Below are positions 24,918-32,000 of a stretch of 32,000 nt of DNA, piece after piece. The stretch is from Caldivirga maquilingensis IC-167 (GTDB lineage Archaea; Thermoproteota; Thermoprotei; Thermoproteales; Thermocladiaceae). Numbering within the stretch: position 1 is the first letter of the stretch; each line of letters opens with the position of its first letter. Where the stretch lies: positions 1,200,001 to 1,232,000 of the forward strand of contig NC_009954.1 of assembly GCF_000018305.1 (NCBI RefSeq). Direction: 5' to 3'. The translations under genes were made by a program, and so were the position numbers. The notes beneath the pieces are model-generated. The model worked only from the letters and a program-made list of their open reading frames with translations, made no database searches and had not been told where the DNA came from.

Positions 24918-26161
24918 AGGTACTTCCTCGGGTCCGTTAACCTACCCTCAAGCGCAGTTGCCGCCGCTGTGGCTGCATTGGCTAGGTAAACCTTACCCTC
25001 AGGTGACCCCATCCTACCCTTAAAATTCCTACTACCAGTAGACACAGCAGTCTCCCCTGGCCCAATTACACCGAAGTGGCCTCCGAGGCATGGTCCACAT
25101 GTACCGTACGTAACCACACAACCAGCCTTAGTTAACGTCTCTACGTAACCGGCGTCAAGGGCCTTAGTGAATAGGTCCCTTGATGCTGGGATGACAATGC
25201 ACCTAGCCTTAACCTTACCATTCTTAAGTATCCTGGCTGCAGCCTCAAGGTCACTTAACCTACCGTTGGTGCATGACCCTATGAAGACGTAGTCAACCTC
25301 AATGCCCTCCACCTCACTAACAGGCTTAACGTTATCAACACTATGCGGTGCAGCCACAAGTGGTTCAAGCTTATTTAACTCAATGGTGTACTCATCAACG
25401 TACTTGGCGTCTGGATCAGGGGTAATTGGCTTAACATTAATACCCCTACTTCTACTCAGGTAGCTTACAGTCTCCTCATCTGGAATAAATATTGCTGCAT
25501 CGGCGCCGAACTCAACACCCATGTTTGATACCGTAGCCCTATAATCCATTGGGAATGCCTTAGGCTTCTCAACCTGTAATTCAACAGACTTACCGTTTAA
25601 GCCCTCCGCCTTAAACACTGAGAGTATGTGAAGCGCCACATCCTTACCGTATACGCCTGGGGCTGGTTCATTAATTAGCCTTATTAGGAATGGTTCAGGG
25701 ATCATTAACCAAGTCTTACCTGTCATGAGTATTGCAGCCATGTCACTGGCCCCCATTCCCTGGGCGAATGCCCCCACTGCGCCAACTGTTGTTGTGTGGC
25801 TGTCCGCAGCCATCACTACTTGACCAGGTAACGCGTACTTCTCTAGGAGTAGTTGATGTAGGATGCCGTCTCCAACATCATGGAAGTTCCTTACGTTAAT
25901 GGATTTAGCGAACTTCCTTAACTTAACCTGAATCTCAGCAGCCCTATCATTAGGCGGCGGCGCCAAGTGGTCGAACGCTATTACGAACCTATCAAGGTCC
26001 CAAACCTTAACGGCACCAATATTCTCCATAACCTCCACTACGTGGTGGCCGGTTAGGTCATGGAATGCCGCTAAGTCAACTGTTATCTCCGTTACGTCAC
26101 CTGGGGAAACCTGCCTTCCCGCAGCCTTGCTCAGTATCTTCTCGGTTAACGTGAGGCCCAT
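24914..26161 (-). CDS. leuC: 3-isopropylmalate dehydratase / homoaconitase large subunit (aconitase family, archaeal short type)
   Basis: 415 aa. [15 protein letters not shown], the Fe-S ligand regions GSCTNGR and CGPCLG, and its last position in the ilv operon support the call. Confidence 0.88.
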   Translation of the reverse strand: MGLTLTEKILSKAAGRQVSPGDVTEITVDLAAFHDLTGHHVVEVMENIGAVKVWDLDRFVIAFDHLAPPPNDRAAEIQVKLRKFAKSINVRNFHDVGDGILHQLLLEKYALPGQVVMAADSHTTTVGAVGAFAQGMGASDMAAILMTGKTWLMIPEPFLIRLINEPAPGVYGKDVALHILSVFKAEGLNGKSVELQVEKPKAFPMDYRATVSNMGVEFGADAAIFIPDEETVSYLSRSRGINVKPITPDPDAKYVDEYTIELNKLEPLVAAPHSVDNVKPVSEVEGIEVDYVFIGSCTNGRLSDLEAAARILKNGKVKARCIVIPASRDLFTKALDAGYVETLTKAGCVVTYGTCGPCLGGHFGVIGPGETAVSTGSRNFKGRMGSPEGKVYLANAATAAATALEGRLTDPRKYL

Positions 26162-26290
26162 TATTAATCACTGGTATGGGTGTTTAATCGTGGGTTTATT
26201 AATTTTACCAAGAATTCTACTTAACTTAGTTTTAATATTTGTAAAACTAACATTAAATATTTCATGTTTTACTAAAATAAATACGTGGTA

Positions 26291-27286
26291 TTACCTACCG
26301 CTCCTCATTAGTCTCCTCAAATCCTCCCCAACAACCTCTAATCTATGGTTCTTAACCTCATTCAGCATTCTACTGAGGTTCTTCATACCCCCCTCATACT
26401 CATTCAACCACTCCCTGGCGAATTCACCATTCCTAACCCTCTCCGCGGCCTTCCTCATCCTCTCCTTAACTGAATTATCAAGAACATAAGGACCCACTGT
26501 TAATCCTCCGTACCTTGCTGTTTCACTAACGCCATTAAGCATTCCGTAAACGCCCCTCTCCCATATTAAATCCATTATTAACTTAGCCTCATTAAGCACC
26601 TCGAAGTAGGCTACCTCAGGTTGGTAGCCGAGTTCAATCATTGTCTCAAACCCCTTCTTAATTAACTCCATTAAACCACCCACAAGCACTGTTTGCTCAC
26701 CAATTAGGTCTGTTTCAGTCTCCTCCGCGAATGTTGTTTCAATAACACCAACCCTAGTGAAGCCATTCGCCTTAGCCACAGCCAAGGCCCTCCTCAAGGC
26801 CTTACCAGTGTAATCCTGGTGAACCGCAACAAGAGCAGGCACACCCCATCCTCTAAGGTACTCGTCTCTAACAGCCTTACCTGGCGCCTTAGGGGCCACT
26901 AGGGTTACATCAATATTGCTGGGTGGTTTAATTAAGTTGTAGCGTATGTTGAAACCATGGGCGAATATGACTAATGCACCGGGTTTTAGGTTAGGCCCTA
27001 TTTCACTGGTCCAAACCTTTGGTTGAACCATGTCTGGGAGTAGCACAGCAACTACATCAGCCATTTTAGTGGCCTCGGCTACATCATATGTCTCAAACCC
27101 CTCCTCCTTAGCTAGGTCACGGCTCTTACCTGGCCTTACACCCACAATAACCCTTAACCCACTATCCCTCATGTTAAGTGCCCATGACCTCCCCTGTATA
27201 CCGTAGCCTAACACTGCAATTACCTTTCCCTTTAATTCAGATAGGTCGGCGTCCGTTTCCCTATATATTTTAGCCATTCCTCTCAC
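26291..27286 (-). CDS. ilvC: Ketol-acid reductoisomerase (class I)
   Basis: 331 aa with AKIYRETDADLSELKGK and GYGIQGRSWALNMRDSG, the canonical KARI N-terminal domain. The start is more likely ATG 27277 (MAKIY). Confidence 0.95.
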   Translation of the reverse strand: MRGMAKIYRETDADLSELKGKVIAVLGYGIQGRSWALNMRDSGLRVIVGVRPGKSRDLAKEEGFETYDVAEATKMADVVAVLLPDMVQPKVWTSEIGPNLKPGALVIFAHGFNIRYNLIKPPSNIDVTLVAPKAPGKAVRDEYLRGWGVPALVAVHQDYTGKALRRALAVAKANGFTRVGVIETTFAEETETDLIGEQTVLVGGLMELIKKGFETMIELGYQPEVAYFEVLNEAKLIMDLIWERGVYGMLNGVSETARYGGLTVGPYVLDNSVKERMRKAAERVRNGEFAREWLNEYEGGMKNLSRMLNEVKNHRLEVVGEDLRRLMRSGR

Positions 27287-27560
27287 CTACCTGTAGGGAC
27301 TGCACTTTAGGTATACTTATACTTGTTGTATAGCTTACGTTAACTACATCGTACAGTTTATTCAATTTATTGCAAACCCAGTTAACCTCATCCTCAATAC
27401 CCTCAACATACACTTCAACGTTAACGTGATTCTGATTAAATGAGGTTACCATTGACTTAACGTTCACCTTACCCCTCCTAATCACGTTAAGCGCCCTGAC
27501 CAGTGGATCCACGCTTCCATCATTATTCAATAGGGTTATGGTTATCTTATAGTTATTCAT
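27270..27560 (-). CDS. ilvN: Acetolactate synthase small (regulatory) subunit, short ACT-domain form
   Basis: 96 aa lying between ilvB and ilvC, with a 4-nt ATGA overlap with ilvB. It has an ACT-like beta-alpha-beta pattern. The call rests mainly on position and size. Confidence 0.65.
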   Translation of the reverse strand: MNNYKITITLLNNDGSVDPLVRALNVIRRGKVNVKSMVTSFNQNHVNVEVYVEGIEDEVNWVCNKLNKLYDVVNVSYTTSISIPKVQSLQVGERNG

Positions 27561-29308
27561 TCCCCATCACCATACCTTAAGTTAACCTTAAACCCATCAG
27601 GTAGGGTTACCTCAGTAAGCCACTTACCAGGTTGAACCCAAGGCAGCACCAGGTCCCTTTCCCTATCTATGGTAACGTCAACAATCAGTGGTTCATTATT
27701 CCTAATAGCCCTAGCCACACTGTTCCTTAACTCATCGTAGTTACTCGGCCTAACACCATCTATCCCGTAGGCCTCAGCTATCTTCATGAAGTCTGGGTTA
27801 GCCTGGAAATCAACCCCAATTATCCTCCTACTGTACAGTAGCATTTGCCAATGCCTAACAAGCATAAGCGTTGAATTATCGAAGATAACCACTACTATGG
27901 GTAGGTTATACTCCCTAACTAGGGCTAGGTTCTGCATGGTCATTTGGAATGAACCATCACCATCAATATCAATAACAGGTACATTGGGCTTAGCCACCTT
28001 AGCACCTAGGGCTGCAGGTAAACCGAAACCCATGGTTCCTAGGCCTGCACTGGTTATGAATGTTCCAGGGACGTATACATCCCAATGCAGTTCACTCCAC
28101 ATTTGGTGACTGCCTACGCTTGTTGCGGTTATGGCGTGAGGTGGTGTAACCTCCCTAATCACCTTAAGTACCTTCCACGGCGCGAACCCAGGCATGTTAT
28201 CCTGCTCCCTGAACTTCTCGTAGGCCTCCTTAATTGACTTAAGCCAATTAACGAAGGCCTCATTCTTAACAGCGGCCTTGGGAATTAACTCAAGCATCAT
28301 TCTTAAAGCCACCTTAGCGTCACCTATTATGCCCACGCTTGGTTTAACGTTCTTACCGATCTCACTCTTATCAATATCAATGTGAATAATCTTCCTACCC
28401 CTCTGGAACTCCTTAAAATCACCCACAGTCCTATCGCTGAACCTAGTCCCAACAGCCAGGACGAGGTCTGAGTTAATTATGGCTGCATCAGCCTCAACCC
28501 TACCATGCATCCCAGCGGGACCCATGAATAATGGGTGATTATTCGGCACGCAATTCTTACCAGGTAGGGTGGTCACTATGGGCATCCATAGGGTTTCAGC
28601 AATGGCTAAAGCCTCCTCAGTGGCGTTACTCCAGCAGACGCCACCGCCAACAAGCATAACCGGTCTCTTAGCCTCCATTAGTAGTTTAACGGCATAGGCC
28701 ACTAAGCCTATGTCTGGTTCAGGGACACCCTTGTAGTTAACGTTAATGCTTCCTGAGCCATCCCCCTTAACCTCTGATAATTGGGCATCCCTAGGTATAT
28801 CAACTAAGACTGGGCCAGGTCTACCATCAGTGGCTATCCTGTAGGCTGCCTTAAAGGCTGGCACCAGGTCCTCAGGTTTCTTAACCATGAAGGTGTGTTT
28901 AACAATGGGCATTGATAAACCAACTATGTCGGTCTCCTGGAATGCATCCCTACCGAACACTGAGGTTGGTACTTGACCCGTTAAGGCCACTAGGGGTGAT
29001 GAATCCATCATTGCGTTAGCCAAGCCAGTGGCCAGGTTAGTTGCCCCTGGACCTGAGGTAACCATTACAATCCCAGGTCTTTTAGTGACTCTACCGTAGG
29101 CATCAGCGGCGTGAATTGCCCCTTGTTCATGCCTAAAGAGGAATATTTTAGCTTCCTTACCGTAGAAGGCATCGAATAGTGGCATTATTTGGCCTCCCGG
29201 TATGCCGAAGACTTCCCTAATATTCATTTTAACTATTTCATCAGCCAATGCATCAACAGCCCTAACCACCGTAACCACCCCTATTTGATTCACTTGATTT
29301 TGATTCAT
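27557..29308 (-). CDS. ilvB: Acetolactate synthase large subunit (TPP-dependent)
   Basis: 583 aa. It has VFGIPGGQIMPLFDA, the TPP motif region GLGTMGFGLPAALGA...DGDGSFQM and the canonical length. Confidence 0.95.
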   Translation of the reverse strand: MNQNQVNQIGVVTVVRAVDALADEIVKMNIREVFGIPGGQIMPLFDAFYGKEAKIFLFRHEQGAIHAADAYGRVTKRPGIVMVTSGPGATNLATGLANAMMDSSPLVALTGQVPTSVFGRDAFQETDIVGLSMPIVKHTFMVKKPEDLVPAFKAAYRIATDGRPGPVLVDIPRDAQLSEVKGDGSGSINVNYKGVPEPDIGLVAYAVKLLMEAKRPVMLVGGGVCWSNATEEALAIAETLWMPIVTTLPGKNCVPNNHPLFMGPAGMHGRVEADAAIINSDLVLAVGTRFSDRTVGDFKEFQRGRKIIHIDIDKSEIGKNVKPSVGIIGDAKVALRMMLELIPKAAVKNEAFVNWLKSIKEAYEKFREQDNMPGFAPWKVLKVIREVTPPHAITATSVGSHQMWSELHWDVYVPGTFITSAGLGTMGFGLPAALGAKVAKPNVPVIDIDGDGSFQMTMQNLALVREYNLPIVVVIFDNSTLMLVRHWQMLLYSRRIIGVDFQANPDFMKIAEAYGIDGVRPSNYDELRNSVARAIRNNEPLIVDVTIDRERDLVLPWVQPGKWLTEVTLPDGFKVNLRYGDGE

Positions 29309-29543
29309 TCATTTGATTTCTTTCTTCACTTAACATATTTTCATATTGGGCCCTCCAAGGCCCCTCCCTATCGTACGTAAAGAATAAAACACCTCATTAA
29401 ACTACTGTCCCCAAGCCTCCCTATTTAAGCATTACCCCTAAACTATCTATTCGCTTTACCACTGTTACTAGCTCTTCGCCTAAAGCAAGGAGACTCTATT
29501 GAAGTTAATTACCAGTATTTATTAGCTCACTAAGGCTTAAAAC

Positions 29544-29551
29544 TTATATAC
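29544..29551 (+). promoter_or_regulatory. TATA box (ttatatac) for the leuA-leuB unit
   Basis: It starts 30 nt upstream of GTG 29574, supporting that GTG as a leaderless start rather than ATG 29595. Confidence 0.5.
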
Positions 29552-29573
29552 TCAATACCGAGGGGGTTTTAGG

Positions 29574-30758
29574 GTGGTCTGGATTGCTCAAGAAATGATT
29601 CAATCCCCCGTTAAGGAGACGGGGGTTAGGTATGTGAGGTTCCTAGACACCACCCTAAGGGATGGTGAACAAACACCAGGGGTTGCATTAAGACCTGAGG
29701 AGAAGTTGATAATAGCAATGAAGCTTGAGGACCTTGGGGTTGATTCAATAGAGGCCGGTTACCCATCCGTGAGTGAGGGTGAGTTTAAGTCTGTTAAAAT
29801 GATTAGTAAGGAGATTACTGAATCTGAGGTTATTGCATTATCAAGGTCTAATAAGGCTGATATTGATAAGGCTATTGACGCTGACGTAAAGGCGGTTCAC
29901 TTATTCATAGCCACGTCTGATATACACATGAAGTATAAGTTAAGGATGAGTAGGAGCCAGGTAATTGAAACAGCGGTTAACGCCGTTGAGTACGCTAAGA
30001 GCCACGGCTTAACAGTGGAGTTCAGCGCCGAGGATGCAACTAGAAGTGACTTAGACTTCCTAATCAATGTGTTTCAAAGCGTGGTGAACGCTGGGGCCGA
30101 TAGGCTTGACATAGCTGATACTGTTGGGGTTATGTGGCCCAGTAGGATTATGAACCTGGTTAAGGTGATTAAAAGCAATGTGAAGGGTAATTACCTACTC
30201 AGTGTTCACTGTCATGATGACTTCGGGATGGCTGTAGCCAATAGTGTAGCCGCGATAGAGGCTGGGGCTGATCAAGCTCATGGTACAATAAACGGTGTTG
30301 GGGAGAGAGCCGGTAATGCGGCATTGGAGGAGATAGCCTCAGCTGTTAAATTCCTACTGGGTTATGATACTAGGATTAGGTTCAATAAGATTAAGGATGT
30401 TTCAGACACAGTGTCAAGGTTCTTTAAGATACCTGTACCACCCAATAAGGCTATAGTCGGTGCTAATGCCTTCTCCCATGAGTCGGGCATACACGTGCAC
30501 GGTATCTTAAGTAACCCCCAGACGTATGAACCCATTGACCCCACTATGGTTGGTATGAGTCGTAGAATAGTCCTAGGTAAGCATAGTGGTAGGCATTCAG
30601 TGGAGTATGCCTTAAAGATGATGGGTATTGAACCCAGTAATGAACTAGTCATGAGGATACTCCACCGCATAAAGCAACTGGGTGACTCAGGGAGTAGCTT
30701 AACATGGGAGGACTTTAAAAGGATAGTACTAATGGAGATTAACAGTGAGTCAGCATGA
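29574..30758 (+). CDS. leuA: 2-isopropylmalate synthase / homocitrate synthase / citramalate synthase family enzyme, short form without C-terminal regulatory domain
   Basis: 394 aa with LDTTLRDGEQ, HCHDDFGMAVANSVAAIEAGA and the TIM-barrel catalytic core only. A 4-nt ATGA overlap links it to the following dehydrogenase gene. The symbol is tentative. Confidence 0.8.
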   Translation: MVWIAQEMIQSPVKETGVRYVRFLDTTLRDGEQTPGVALRPEEKLIIAMKLEDLGVDSIEAGYPSVSEGEFKSVKMISKEITESEVIALSRSNKADIDKAIDADVKAVHLFIATSDIHMKYKLRMSRSQVIETAVNAVEYAKSHGLTVEFSAEDATRSDLDFLINVFQSVVNAGADRLDIADTVGVMWPSRIMNLVKVIKSNVKGNYLLSVHCHDDFGMAVANSVAAIEAGADQAHGTINGVGERAGNAALEEIASAVKFLLGYDTRIRFNKIKDVSDTVSRFFKIPVPPNKAIVGANAFSHESGIHVHGILSNPQTYEPIDPTMVGMSRRIVLGKHSGRHSVEYALKMMGIEPSNELVMRILHRIKQLGDSGSSLTWEDFKRIVLMEINSESA

Positions 30759-31762
30759 GGATAGCCGTAATAAGGGGGGATGGAATAGGCCCTGAGGTTG
30801 TTGACTCAGCCTTAAGGGTCCTTAAGGCCGCTGCGGCTAAGTATGGGTTAACCATTGAGCTTCATGATGTTGAAGCCGGTGACTCAGCCTTAAGCAAGTA
30901 TGGTGAAGCATTACCAAGTAAATACTGGGGTATTATTGAGTCCTCAGACGCCATACTAAAGGGGCCTGTGGGGGAGAGTGCTGGTGATGTTGTGGTTAAG
31001 TTAAGGAGGGGCCTTGACCTATACGCCAACATTAGGCCAGCTAAGGTGTATCCGGGTGTTAAGGCGCTTAGGGATGGGGTTGACTTAATCATAGTTAGGG
31101 AGAACACTGAGGATGTTTACGTTAGGGCTGAACACATGTTGACGAATGACGTGGCAGTGGCCTTAAGGGTTATTTCAAGGAGAGCCAGTGAGAGGATTGC
31201 TAAGGTTGCCTTTGAATTAGCTAAGGCGAGGAGGAATAAGGTAACCATAGTCCATAAGGCCAACGTATTAAGTGTAACAGATGGCTTATTCAGAACAGTG
31301 GCTAGGGAGGTTGCCTTAAAGTACCCTGGAGTTACAGTTAATGAAATGTACATTGACTCCGCTGTAATGGATATGGTTAGGAGACCCCAGGACTTCGACA
31401 TAGTGTTAACCACCAACCTCTACGGTGACATACTAAGCGATATAGCCGCCTACGTAACCGGCAGCATAGGCTTAGCCCCATCAGCAAACATGGGTGATTC
31501 AAAGGCAATGTTTGAACCAGTTCACGGCGCCGCATTCGACATAGCCGGTAAGGGTATTGCTAATCCAACAGCCACAATACTCTGCATATCCTGGATGCTT
31601 AAATGGTGGGGTGGTAAAACGGGCAATGGGAGTTACGTAACCGCCGGTGAGGCGATTGAACGTAGTGTCCTAAATACCTTAAGTAGCGGTAAGTTAACCC
31701 CAGACCTAGGCGGTGGCTTAACCACTAATGCATTCACCGAGGAGGTTATGGCACACTTATGA
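30755..31762 (+). CDS. leuB: 3-isopropylmalate (or homoisocitrate) dehydrogenase
   Basis: 335 aa. MRIAVIRGDGIGPEV, NLYGDILSD and the beta-decarboxylating dehydrogenase family pattern support the call. Confidence 0.88.
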   Translation: MRIAVIRGDGIGPEVVDSALRVLKAAAAKYGLTIELHDVEAGDSALSKYGEALPSKYWGIIESSDAILKGPVGESAGDVVVKLRRGLDLYANIRPAKVYPGVKALRDGVDLIIVRENTEDVYVRAEHMLTNDVAVALRVISRRASERIAKVAFELAKARRNKVTIVHKANVLSVTDGLFRTVAREVALKYPGVTVNEMYIDSAVMDMVRRPQDFDIVLTTNLYGDILSDIAAYVTGSIGLAPSANMGDSKAMFEPVHGAAFDIAGKGIANPTATILCISWMLKWWGGKTGNGSYVTAGEAIERSVLNTLSSGKLTPDLGGGLTTNAFTEEVMAHL

Positions 31763-31967
31763 TTAATCCATCACAGCGCCTTTATGCCACAGGCATATTC
31801 CCTAAGATAATTAGTAGAGTCATATTCATTACTTAGCACTGCTACTGCAATTACTGAAAGGGTATTACTGATTCCTTACACTAGTATAGGGGGATGGGTT
31901 AGGAACATATTAGTCATCAGTGGCTATTTAGGTTAAATTTAAAATGAGTAAATTAACCGGGTTAACT

Positions 31968-32000
31968 ATGCCTCAACTAGTAGTGGAGGGTAGGGTCATT
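31968..32000 (+). CDS. 5' end of a gene running off the window, possibly the isopropylmalate/homoaconitate dehydratase small subunit
   Basis: The ATG at 31968 has a TATA-like tttaaaa (31938-31944) 30 nt upstream. The 11 visible codons, MPQLVVEGRVI, resemble the xxGRVw start of archaeal LeuD. This is very little sequence. Confidence 0.3.
   Translation, partial: MPQLVVEGRVI

Noticed and set aside
29309-29573. Leader peptide or attenuator upstream of ilvB or leuA.
   Set aside because: No ATG-initiated mini-ORF rich in Leu/Val/Ile codons exists on the plus strand of the gap. The only stem is a weak 5-bp gggcc/ggccc hairpin, and attenuation of this kind is not established in Crenarchaeota.
64-31416. 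Many ORF-track entries lie antisense to, or out of frame within, well-supported genes. Group 1: 64..414, 1420..2079, 1905..2090, 7095..7304, 10490..10720, 10928..11119, 13057..13311. Group 2: 15635..16021, 17304..17492, 17820..18032, 19563..20111, 20108..20356, 21193..21447, 21694..21885. Group 3: 23025..23249, 26127..26489, 27786..28109, 29189..29380, 30362..30670, 30862..31107, 31117..31416.
   Set aside because: Each is fully or largely embedded in a longer ORF with clear family motifs. Their products are low-complexity or Ser/Leu/Thr/Pro-rich, with no motifs. Strong codon-position bias in this genome keeps antisense frames open by chance.
1-32000. CRISPR arrays, cas genes, restriction-modification systems, toxin-antitoxin pairs or other defence islands.
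   Set aside because: I scanned all intergenic gaps of 100 bp or more and found no regularly spaced repeats of 24-40 nt. No ORF has nuclease, helicase or methylase motifs typical of such systems. The hypothetical ORFs are isolated rather than clustered.

Overview
This window looks like ordinary chromosome from a hyperthermophilic crenarchaeote. The style is Thermoproteales-like (Vulcanisaeta or Caldivirga), but that is a guess. Support comes from archaeal marker genes (Hjc resolvase, RNA polymerase subunit D, ribosomal protein L40e, FBP aldolase/phosphatase, type-2 IPP isomerase, ThyX). Nearly every gene also has a TATA-like box starting 28-31 nt before its start codon, and the solute-binding proteins carry Thr-rich linkers. 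Gene content is mostly housekeeping. There is an ilvB-ilvN-ilvC-leuC operon divergent from leuA-leuB, and an iron/cobalamin-type ABC transporter. There are also two MFS transporters, uxuA next to an orphan Opp-type binding protein, moeA, an OCD-family dehydrogenase, and intron-less tRNA-Leu(UAG) and tRNA-Ser(CGA). I added one gene missing from the ORF track, rpl40e at 3575..3730. I see no CRISPR array, transposase, integrase, toxin-antitoxin pair or recognisable defence cluster, and I cannot honestly point to a clear novel multi-gene system. The items most worth a second look are listed here. (1) A tandem pair of small two-TM membrane genes whose upstream copy is split by a frame change in a T5 run (8399..9193). 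(2) A decayed 3' remnant of a second binding-protein gene beside the intact orphan one (19111..19308). (3) A 21-nt promoter module shared by hjc and the neighbouring MFS gene. (4) An unusually long AT-rich, repeat-bearing region upstream of fbp. (5) A low-GC orphan ORF (2512..3408). (6) A short LeuA-family synthase lacking the regulatory domain, so the leu-like genes cannot be assigned to one pathway. All functional calls rest on motif recognition by eye. No database search was run.
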